Source: Chloroflexota bacterium (GTDB lineage Bacteria; Chloroflexota; Anaerolineae; Anaerolineales; Villigracilaceae). From it: DNA of 64,000 nt. A program made the translations under genes and the position numbers. The stretch's first letter is position 1, and each line of letters opens with the position of its first letter. The notes under the pieces were generated by a model. That model made no database searches, had not been told where the DNA came from, and worked only from the letters and a program-made list of their open reading frames with translations. The stretch spans positions 3,774 to 67,773 of the forward strand of contig JAAENC010000726.1 of NCBI GenBank assembly GCA_024224815.1, in the 5' to 3' direction. Shown here one piece after another: positions 24,445-32,233 of this stretch.

Positions 24445-24789
24445 ATGATAGTAGACCCCTCTGCCCTTGAAGCCTACAGAGAAATAATGGAAGATGAAGC
24501 GGATGAATTTATCGCCGATATTGTTACCAGCTTTTATGTCAACGCGCGTGAATTATTCTCAAAAATGGATGAAGCACTCGTAAAAGATGATAGAGAGGAA
24601 TTTGTGCGTGCGGCGCATACTTTTAAATCGACCGCGGCGACTGTGGGCGCCATGCCCCTTTCTGGCTTGCTTGCCGACCTGGAAAAGAGAGCCGAATCCG
24701 AGCCTCTTCCCGGTTTAGCCCCCCTCATCCCGCCGCTTAAAGAGGCTTACGAAGAAGTTGAGAATAAGCTGAAAGAGTTATACGCCTAA
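24445..24789 (+). CDS. Hpt (histidine phosphotransfer) domain protein
   Basis: 114 aa. AAHTFKSTAATVGA matches the HxxKG-type Hpt motif. Confidence 0.75.
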   Translation: MIVDPSALEAYREIMEDEADEFIADIVTSFYVNARELFSKMDEALVKDDREEFVRAAHTFKSTAATVGAMPLSGLLADLEKRAESEPLPGLAPLIPPLKEAYEEVENKLKELYA

Positions 24790-24856
24790 ATTAGATCATA
24801 AGACAGAGTCGTCAAGATAAATAATCTTGGCGACTTAGCCGTTAAAAGGAGCCAAA

Positions 24857-25348
24857 ATGACCGAAGAAAAAATAGTAAAAGACGACCTTGTTGTCGCAAT
24901 GGAATATACGCTGACCGTAGATGGTGAAGTAATCGATTCATCAGAGGGGCAAGAGCCGCTGGAATTTCTACAGGGGAAAGGGAATATTATCCCCGGGCTA
25001 GAACGTGAAATGGCTGGAATGAAAATTGGTGAAAGCAAAGATGTAAGCGTTAGCCCTGAAGATGGCTACGGAGCATTAAACGAAGAAGCCTTTATGGAAG
25101 TGCCTACAAACCAATTCCCCGAAAATATCCCCGTAGAAGTAGGGATAGAACTACAAGTCCAAAACGAAGAAGGTCAGCCAGCCTATGCGCGGATCGAAGA
25201 AATTGAAAATAATATCGCTATTCTAAATTTCAACCACCCCTTGGCGGGCAAAGATTTATCTTTTGCCGTAAAAGTGGTAGGTATCCGTGAGCCAAGCGAA
25301 GAAGAATTGGCTCACGGGCATGTACACCATGAAGGCCATGAACATTAA
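24857..25348 (+). CDS. slyD: FKBP-type peptidyl-prolyl isomerase, SlyD-like, with His-rich tail
   Basis: 163 aa. VAMEYTLTVDGEVIDSS...LEFLQGKGNIIPGLE. IF-domain insert. C-terminal HGHVHHEGHEH. Confidence 0.8.
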   Translation: MTEEKIVKDDLVVAMEYTLTVDGEVIDSSEGQEPLEFLQGKGNIIPGLEREMAGMKIGESKDVSVSPEDGYGALNEEAFMEVPTNQFPENIPVEVGIELQVQNEEGQPAYARIEEIENNIAILNFNHPLAGKDLSFAVKVVGIREPSEEELAHGHVHHEGHEH

Positions 25349-25482
25349 GAAAATTTAGAGAGTTTGCTTTCTAAAAGCAGCCTCCCTGCCCCTCGCTCCG
25401 CTGGGGCATCCCCCCAGATGCTTTGCATTTAGGGGGATAGGTAAATCAAGGAAATTCTTAAAAACAAGACTATTGTTTCTTT

Positions 25483-25539
25483 CTCCCCTAAATTCCGTAC
25501 TTAGAATTTGGGGGAGATGCCCTTTAGGGCAGAGGGGGC
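25483..25539. repeat. Hairpin repeat CCCCTAAATTCC..GGAATTTGGGGGAGATG..GGGCAGAGGGGGC (copy 1 of 2)
   Basis: Almost the same string occurs at 36436-36494. Confidence 0.8.
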
Positions 25540-25628
25540 TTGTATTAAAATCTTTGGAGATGGGTTTTTCTCCGTTTTATCAGCAGAATATCCATCGAGT
25601 TATGATTTTGCGAGGCAGTTTCATCGCC

Positions 25629-25690
25629 GAAGCAATCTCGTTTTTAGGGCAGAAGACTGCCGCGTCGCAAGTGCATGCTCCTCGCAGATT
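25629..25690. repeat. Partial copy of the nested-hairpin family (GAAGCAATCTC...GACTGCCGCGTCGCAAGTGCATGCTCCTCGCAG)
   Basis: Shares a 30+ nt string with 6196-6230 and 50056-50094. Confidence 0.7.
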
Positions 25691-25734
25691 CACCCTATGG
25701 TTAGAAATTATCTACGCTAAAAAAGAAAGCGAGC

Positions 25735-26964
25735 CTAAAGCTCGCTTTCTTCGTTATTTACAACATCTTTCGCCATTTTTTGCAAAATTTCTGATTCCCC
25801 TTCATCGGCGTGGAGTGTTTTCCAATATTGTTCCAATAACTCAAGCGGGGCGAGGCTGCTCACTGTTTGGTCTGCTGCTAAACGGATGCGCGCCTCTACT
25901 TGCGGTCGTTTGACAAGATGAAATTCAAAGGCTTCGGCTGTGTAATTCCGTAGAGCTGGCTCGTCTATTAGCGTATCCCATTCACGGGGATATTCGATAA
26001 TTAGACGCAAAATAGCATCTTTTAGCTTTTCTTTTGAGGGGAGTTTTGAGATAAGAAACTCTGTCAGACCCAACTCAGAGGGCGGTTTTGCGAAAACATC
26101 CAAAAAGGGTCGGATCCCCGTCAGCTCGCGCCACTCTACTTCAGTTTTGCCTTTTTCTATATTGGCTGTGACGAAAAACTTTTTATCTTTGGCTTCCCCA
26201 AAATCAACCCGCTCGATGGAGCCGGGATAAATAACGGGCGGATGCGCGTTTTCGTTAAGATTCTGCGGTTTATGAATATGCCCAAGCGCGACATAATCCA
26301 GTTTGTCATTTTTAACCAGCGAGCCAGATAAAACAAGGTCGTTGCCGAGCATCACCATTCGCTCTGCGCCATATTTTGCGCCTTGTACAGAGGCGTGCGC
26401 TGTCAGGATAACGGGCAGTTCAGGGGCAATTTGCTCGAAGCAACCGGAGACGAAATCTTCCAGTAATTCTTCTAATTTATCGTAAACTTTTTCGTTTTCT
26501 GCGCCGCTCATTTGTGAATAGGCCATCATCCCAGATTTTGAAACCCAGGGCAAGGCGATGACTTGGACGGGCAAATTGAGTTCTTCTGATGAGAGAAATT
26601 GGGGCTTATCTAATACATAAATTTGGGGAACTTGCAATGTGCCAAACTCTTGTAATGCGTGGGCGCGCCCCGTTGCCGGGGATAAGTCGTGATTCCCCAC
26701 GAGCAGAAGTGTTGGGATCTTGGCTTCGCTTAAACGGTAGATGCGTTTACCCCACTCACGCTGATAGGTGGGAGCAGGTGAACGATCCTTGTATGTATCG
26801 CCCGCGAAGATAACGAGATCCACTTTTTCGGCAATTGCTGTGTTCACAATGGTATCCAGCGATTTTAGAAAATCCAAAACCCGAAGCGGGAGTCCCGTTT
26901 CGGGGTCATGACGACCGTAATTTGCCATGTCTATATGTGCGTCTGCAAAGTGAAGTATTTTCAT
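25735..26964 (-). CDS. sbcD: Exonuclease SbcD / Mre11-family metallophosphoesterase
   Basis: MKILHFADAHID, GDTYKD, GNHD and GHIH motifs. Confidence 0.8.
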   Translation of the reverse strand: MKILHFADAHIDMANYGRHDPETGLPLRVLDFLKSLDTIVNTAIAEKVDLVIFAGDTYKDRSPAPTYQREWGKRIYRLSEAKIPTLLLVGNHDLSPATGRAHALQEFGTLQVPQIYVLDKPQFLSSEELNLPVQVIALPWVSKSGMMAYSQMSGAENEKVYDKLEELLEDFVSGCFEQIAPELPVILTAHASVQGAKYGAERMVMLGNDLVLSGSLVKNDKLDYVALGHIHKPQNLNENAHPPVIYPGSIERVDFGEAKDKKFFVTANIEKGKTEVEWRELTGIRPFLDVFAKPPSELGLTEFLISKLPSKEKLKDAILRLIIEYPREWDTLIDEPALRNYTAEAFEFHLVKRPQVEARIRLAADQTVSSLAPLELLEQYWKTLHADEGESEILQKMAKDVVNNEESEL

Positions 26965-26976
26965 AAAAGTAATTTT

Positions 26977-27066
26977 GTCATTGCGAACGAAGCGTAGCGG
27001 AGTGCGGCAATCTCCACGATAGTCAAGGAGACTGCCACGTCAGGCTATCGCCTTCCTCGCAGTGAC
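26977..27066. repeat. Complete nested-hairpin element GTCATTGCGA..GCGGCAATCTCC..GGAGACTGCC..CTCGCAGTGAC
   Basis: Outer arms GTCATTGCGAA / CTCGCAGTGAC and inner arms GGCAATCTCC / GGAGACTGCC. A full sister copy lies at 59734-59814. Confidence 0.8.
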
Positions 27067-27081
27067 ATGCACGGAGTAACG

Positions 27082-28410
27082 TTATTCGACGCCCCACTGC
27101 GCAAGATAAAATAATCCCGGTGAGAAGTTGGGGTTTAGGCGAACGGCTTCGCGCATGTCGGCAAAGGCGGAGGTGTAATCACCTGCGGCGTATTCTGCCA
27201 TTGCGCGCCAATAAAGGCTTTCTTCGAGGGTTGGCTCGCTGATGGTTTCATTGAGGGTATTATCGGCGAGATTGATTACATCCTGATAGCGCCCAGCATA
27301 AAAATAGGCCCAATATGGGGATGTTTGATACCACATAATGCGATAAGGGCGTTGGGTTTCTTCCTGCCCAAGTTCGGCATAGAGCGCAAAAGCGCGGTCA
27401 AAAGCGGTCGCAGCTTCGGCATAACGCTGTAAATTGACCAGATTTGTGCCCTGATTGAAAATCGCAAAAAATTGGTCGTTGCTTTCAAGTTCTTTTTCTT
27501 CTGCTTCGGCTTTTTTCAGAGCGCGCTCACTGACCCAGTTCTGATCTTGCCACATACCGAGAATTTCGAGCACTTCCTCTTCTTGTGCGGGCGGATAAAC
27601 AACCATAAAAAGATTATTGAAAGAACGCCATCCCTCTTCAAAAACAGCATATTCTACAGGGTGATTTGGCCCATCATTATAAGTGTCTTGAACGATGAAA
27701 TTCTCGCCAACATCGTTATAGCCCGTCACAAATTGATAATGTCCCAGCCAGGCAACTTTGCCTGTGTAATCTTTTTCAGAACGACCTTTTTCTATCAGGA
27801 TAGGATAGCCAGCCGCGATGAATTTTTTAAGCAGATCAATTTCCCCGCCATGACGGATCAAAGCCCGGAAATTGGTTTGCTCATTGACAAAATCGACCAT
27901 TTCGTAGGGCATCACGTTTTTATCCGTTTTCCCGCGTTGGATAAAATCCAGCTCTTCATCGGCAGCGCCCGGTTTAATGACTTTCGCAATATCATCCCGA
28001 TTACCATCCCAGCCCCAATAAAGGAGAGACATCGTCAAATTAGCGGGGCCGCAATAATTCCAGCGGTTATCTTGGTCTACATAGACTACATTCTCTACAA
28101 GTCGAGAAATCTCAGGATAAGCAGTAGGGACAATGGTTGCTGTGAGCGTGGGGATAGCTGTGGATAAAATATCTGCTTCGGGCGTGGGCGTAAACGTCGC
28201 GGTTGGCTCTACGATCGCACTCGTCGGGACAGGTGTAGATGGCTCAAAGATCGCTTCATCGGGCGGATTGAAATAATACTTAACCTGTGTGCGCAAATTA
28301 TCCACACGCCATGAGAGCCGCGAGTGAATAGGCGGGAGATTATATAGCCCAACCAAGGCAATAAGCCCTAAAAATATCCATAGAAAGATGCGAGAGGGTT
28401 TCTTTTGCAT
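27082..28410 (-). CDS. Secreted/anchored peptidase C39-like domain protein with C-terminal TPR repeats
   Basis: 442 aa. N-terminal TM. NYCGPANLTMSL (papain-like Cys of C39_2/YvpB-type domains). C-terminal TPR-like YAEAATAFDRAFALY and YTSAFADMREAVRLNP. Confidence 0.5.
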   Translation of the reverse strand: MQKKPSRIFLWIFLGLIALVGLYNLPPIHSRLSWRVDNLRTQVKYYFNPPDEAIFEPSTPVPTSAIVEPTATFTPTPEADILSTAIPTLTATIVPTAYPEISRLVENVVYVDQDNRWNYCGPANLTMSLLYWGWDGNRDDIAKVIKPGAADEELDFIQRGKTDKNVMPYEMVDFVNEQTNFRALIRHGGEIDLLKKFIAAGYPILIEKGRSEKDYTGKVAWLGHYQFVTGYNDVGENFIVQDTYNDGPNHPVEYAVFEEGWRSFNNLFMVVYPPAQEEEVLEILGMWQDQNWVSERALKKAEAEEKELESNDQFFAIFNQGTNLVNLQRYAEAATAFDRAFALYAELGQEETQRPYRIMWYQTSPYWAYFYAGRYQDVINLADNTLNETISEPTLEESLYWRAMAEYAAGDYTSAFADMREAVRLNPNFSPGLFYLAQWGVE

Positions 28411-28583
28411 GAAAAATATTATACTTTATTCGCCCCCACCTAGCCTCCCCCGTGAAGTACGGGGGAGGGACTCGTTTGACAAGATGGTTTTCCCCCTGTG
28501 AAATGGAGGAGGCAAAAGTTCTCCTCGCGAAGCATACTCGAACGAGTGCCCCGCTTGCGGGGGGAGTTAGAGGGGGGCAAAAA

Positions 28584-30512
28584 CTAAACCTTAAACTGCG
28601 TCTCGTAAAGCTCTTTATATAAACCACTATTGGCTAATAATTCATCGTGAGAACCTTGCTCGACCAATTTGCCATCTTTTATTACGAGTATTTTATCGGC
28701 GGCTAAAATCGTCGAAAGGCGATGCGCGATAACCAAAGAGCTGCGTCCTTTCATCACTTCTTGCAGCGCATTTTGGATCAACTCTTCAGAAAGAGAATCA
28801 AGATGAGATGTGGCTTCATCCAGCACAAGGATGCGGGGATTTTTTAAGATTACGCGCGCAATCGCAACACGCTGACGTTCGCCGCCACTTAGTCTGTATC
28901 CGCGCTCGCCGACAACGGTATCGTAACCATCGGGCAGGGCGGCGATAAAATCGTGAATATTGGCTGTTTTACAGGCGGCCACAACTTCTTCGGCGGTCGC
29001 ATCGGGGCGGGCATAGCGTAAATTTGCGCCGATTGTGTCGTAGAAAAGATAGGTCTCCTGCGTGACCATGCCGATATTTTCTGCCAGCGAATTGAGCTTT
29101 AGATCACGGATATTTTGCCCGTCTAGGCGAATTTGCCCTTCGGTGGGGTCGTATAAACGCGGAATCATATAGGTCGTGGTCGATTTTCCTGCACCGCTGG
29201 GGCCAACGAGCGCGACGAGTTGACCGGGCTCGATACTAAAGTTGACGTCTCGTAATGCCCACTGCGGAGCTGAGCCAGTTGGGGACACGGATGAATCGCT
29301 CCCATCCTTTGGCTTGCCACGCTTAAGATGAGCTTCACTTCCGCCCCAAGTGAATCTTGCTATTTCCTCTAATCCGATCTTTTCTCCTTCTCCCAAGCCT
29401 TCGTAGGCGAAAGAAACATTCTCAAAAACGATCTGCCCATCTACATTTGTAAGTGTTTTAGCTGATTCTTTTTCATCGATCTCAATGGGAATATCGAGCA
29501 CTTCAAAAACGCGTTCAAAACTGACCATGCTCTGCGCAACCTCGACTTGGGCGTTGGTGAGCGCCATTAATGGCCCATAAAGTTGGGTGAGATAAGTGCC
29601 AAAAGCGACGATGGTGCCGATGGTAAACGCGCCCTGCAAAACGAGATGGCCGCCGACCCAAAATACGACCGCCGAGCCAACTGCGCTGACCACACTTAGA
29701 ATCATAAAAAAGGAATGCCCGACCACCGCCGAGCGGATACCGATATCGCGCACAGATGCGCCATCTCGGCTAAAACGCTCAAGTTCGCTTTTTTCTCGAC
29801 CAAATAATTTGACCAATAATGCCCCGCTAATATTGAGTGTCTCGTTCATTGTGGCGTTCATTTCGGCGTTCATTTCCATTGAGCGGCGGGTCAGTTTACG
29901 GAGTAATTTTCCTACCCTGCGAGCCGGTACGATAAAAAAGGGCAAAATAATTAGGCCCAAGAGGGTTAAGCGCCACTCCAGGGCGATCATAATAGCCAGC
30001 GTCGCAATGAGAGAAACTGTATTTGAGATGATGGACATCATCGTATTGCTGATTGCGCGTTGTGCACCGACGACATCGTTATTTAGACGAGACATTAGCT
30101 CACCGGTGCGCGTTTGCGTAAAAAATCGCAGTGACATGCGTTGTAAATGCCCGTAAAGGGCGCGCCGCAGATCGTAAATAACACCCTCGCCGATCTGTGA
30201 ATTTAAACGCCGTTGAGCAATGCCAACGGCTCCATTAACCAAAGGAACACCGATCATACCGAGCGCGAGCCAGTTTAGGCGTGTTAAATCGCCGTTGGGA
30301 ATGGCATTATCGATTAAGTCCCTATATAAAAGCGGGGAGATCAGTGTAATCCCTGAAATTAATAAGATGGTGGCTAATAAACCCAAAGATTGCAAACGAT
30401 ATGGCTTGGCAATTTCCCAAGCACGCAAAATTAATTCTCGCGTGATCTTTGGTTGATCTTGTTCTTCGTTATGCTTTAAGTAGGCGTACCAGCCTGCTCT
30501 GTTGAAGCTCAT
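28584..30512 (-). CDS. ABC exporter, fused TMD-NBD (MsbA/ABCB type)
   Basis: 642 aa. Six TM helices, then GPSGAGKST, LSGGERQRVAIAR, LVLDEATS. About 47 extra residues sit between the VSFAYEG strand and the Walker A region. Confidence 0.85.
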   Translation of the reverse strand: MSFNRAGWYAYLKHNEEQDQPKITRELILRAWEIAKPYRLQSLGLLATILLISGITLISPLLYRDLIDNAIPNGDLTRLNWLALGMIGVPLVNGAVGIAQRRLNSQIGEGVIYDLRRALYGHLQRMSLRFFTQTRTGELMSRLNNDVVGAQRAISNTMMSIISNTVSLIATLAIMIALEWRLTLLGLIILPFFIVPARRVGKLLRKLTRRSMEMNAEMNATMNETLNISGALLVKLFGREKSELERFSRDGASVRDIGIRSAVVGHSFFMILSVVSAVGSAVVFWVGGHLVLQGAFTIGTIVAFGTYLTQLYGPLMALTNAQVEVAQSMVSFERVFEVLDIPIEIDEKESAKTLTNVDGQIVFENVSFAYEGLGEGEKIGLEEIARFTWGGSEAHLKRGKPKDGSDSSVSPTGSAPQWALRDVNFSIEPGQLVALVGPSGAGKSTTTYMIPRLYDPTEGQIRLDGQNIRDLKLNSLAENIGMVTQETYLFYDTIGANLRYARPDATAEEVVAACKTANIHDFIAALPDGYDTVVGERGYRLSGGERQRVAIARVILKNPRILVLDEATSHLDSLSEELIQNALQEVMKGRSSLVIAHRLSTILAADKILVIKDGKLVEQGSHDELLANSGLYKELYETQFKV

Positions 30513-30608
30513 AAATACCTCCGTGATAGATGTTTATTATAGCGAGGCAGTATTAGTTTCCTGTTAGATGGAAAAAAGAGAACATAAATTCTGTTATACT
30601 TTGCAGAT

Positions 30609-30708
30609 GTAAGGGCGACCCTTTATGCTTAATAAAGCAAATTTTATTTTCATGAACTCTTTGATAAAAAGAAACGTTTCTCTTTTTATCCCAACGGGTC
30701 GCCCCTAC
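30609..30708. repeat. Intergenic copy of the GTA(A/G)GGGCGACCC...GGGTCGCCCCTAC element
   Basis: Arms at 30609-30621 and 30696-30708, about 100 bp long, upstream of radA. A sister copy lies inside the CDS at 9369-9470. Confidence 0.75.
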
Positions 30709-30730
30709 AATAACAAACTGGATTAAAACT

Positions 30731-32179
30731 ATGGCAAAAACACTCACCCGTTATCTCTGTCAGGAATGTGGCGGCACTTCGCCCAAATATATGGGCAAAT
30801 GCCCTAAATGCGAAGCCTTCGGGAGCATGATCGAAGAGATCGTGCGCGAAGATGAAATATCGAAGCCCAGCAATGTCGTAAGAGGATTAAGTGGACGCTC
30901 AACCCCGCGCCGCTTACCGGATATTGATGTGGGAGCCGAAGATCGCATTCATGTGCCCATCGGCGAATTCGCCCGTGTTTTGGGCGGGGGAATTGTCCCC
31001 GGATCAATTGTGCTGATCGGAGGTGACCCGGGAATCGGTAAATCGACGCTTCTCTTGCAAATGACAATGGGGATGGCGAGTAAACAGCGTGTTTTATACG
31101 TTTCGGGCGAAGAATCTGAGCGGCAGATCAAGATGCGGGCAACGCGCATTATGTCGCATAATGCGACACAGAGTGTGGGAGAAAAAAGCGCTTCTACATC
31201 TTTACCCGAAGAACTTTTCCTTGTTACAGAAACGAATCTGGATGTGATCATGGATCATATCCGTGAAATTAAGCCAACGCTCCTGATAGTTGATTCTATC
31301 CAGACGACTTTTATCCCGGAGTTAAGCTCTTCGGCTGGCTCAGTAACGCAGGTACGGGAATGTTCATCTCAATTACGTGAGCTTGCCAAAACCAGCGGGA
31401 TTTCTGTTTTCGTTATTGGTCACGTCACCAAAGAGGGGACTATCGCTGGGCCGCGTGTTTTAGAACATATCGTGGACACGGTTTTACATCTTGAAGGTGA
31501 CCGCTACCAGGCCTATAGACTTTTACGCTCAGTAAAAAATCGCTTTGGGGCAACGGCCGAAGTAGGCGTTTTTGAGATGCATGAGCGTGGATTGGTCGAG
31601 GTTAGCAATCCATCAGAAGCTTTTTTAGCGGAGAGAATGGTGAATGCGCCGGGATCATCCGTCGCGGTGACGATGGAGGGCACACGTCCGCTTTTGGTCG
31701 AGATTCAAGGCCTAACGAGCCCGACCAACTTCGGGAACGCACGTCGCACGCCGAATGGTGTCAATTTCAATCGATTGTTGTTAATCGCTGCGGTGTTGAC
31801 GCGCCGAGCACGTGTGAATCTATCTGAACAGGATATTTTTGTGAATGTTGTTAGCGGATTAAAGATTGACGAGCCAGCGGCTGACTTAGCCATTGCCGCG
31901 GCAATCGCTTCTTCGATGCGCGATAAACCCGTGCGGGCAGATGCGGTTTTGATCGGCGAGTTGGGTTTGGCTGGTGAATTAAGAATGCCATCGCAGATGC
32001 CTTTGCGTTTGCGGGAAGCGGCAAAATTGGGCTTCAAAGTGGCGATCGTGCCAAAACGCCTGCGAAAATCTGAACCGTGGACGAAGGATATTCAGATCAT
32101 TGAAGTGCGCTCTATTCAGCAAGCGCTGGATGCGGCGATGGGCAAGCCGGAGAGACAAAAGGGGAAGAAGGTGGTTTAG
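30731..32179 (+). CDS. radA: DNA repair protein RadA/Sms
   Basis: CQECGGTSPKYMGKCPKC zinc finger, GGDPGIGKSTLLLQ Walker A, KNRFG motif, Lon-like C-terminal domain. Confidence 0.9.
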   Translation: MAKTLTRYLCQECGGTSPKYMGKCPKCEAFGSMIEEIVREDEISKPSNVVRGLSGRSTPRRLPDIDVGAEDRIHVPIGEFARVLGGGIVPGSIVLIGGDPGIGKSTLLLQMTMGMASKQRVLYVSGEESERQIKMRATRIMSHNATQSVGEKSASTSLPEELFLVTETNLDVIMDHIREIKPTLLIVDSIQTTFIPELSSSAGSVTQVRECSSQLRELAKTSGISVFVIGHVTKEGTIAGPRVLEHIVDTVLHLEGDRYQAYRLLRSVKNRFGATAEVGVFEMHERGLVEVSNPSEAFLAERMVNAPGSSVAVTMEGTRPLLVEIQGLTSPTNFGNARRTPNGVNFNRLLLIAAVLTRRARVNLSEQDIFVNVVSGLKIDEPAADLAIAAAIASSMRDKPVRADAVLIGELGLAGELRMPSQMPLRLREAAKLGFKVAIVPKRLRKSEPWTKDIQIIEVRSIQQALDAAMGKPERQKGKKVV

Positions 32180-32233
32180 GCAGAAAACTTTCAGACGCAC
32201 CATGAAGCGAAGGTGGATATCAACAAAAAATTT

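Noticed and set aside
25473-25913. ORFs of 146 aa and 70 aa in the slyD-sbcD spacer.
   Set aside because: They read straight through three dispersed repeat elements and into the 3' end of sbcD on the opposite strand. The repeat-derived sequence is not credible as coding.
25376-27066. Possibility that the dense short palindromic repeats here and elsewhere form a CRISPR array.
   Set aside because: The copies are dispersed across the window, belong to several unrelated families, are not regularly spaced with unique spacers, and no cas genes are present.
27472-28167. A 231-aa plus-strand ORF.
   Set aside because: It is antisense to the C39-like/TPR gene. The sequence is low-complexity and Phe/Ile-rich with no motifs, so it is a shadow ORF.
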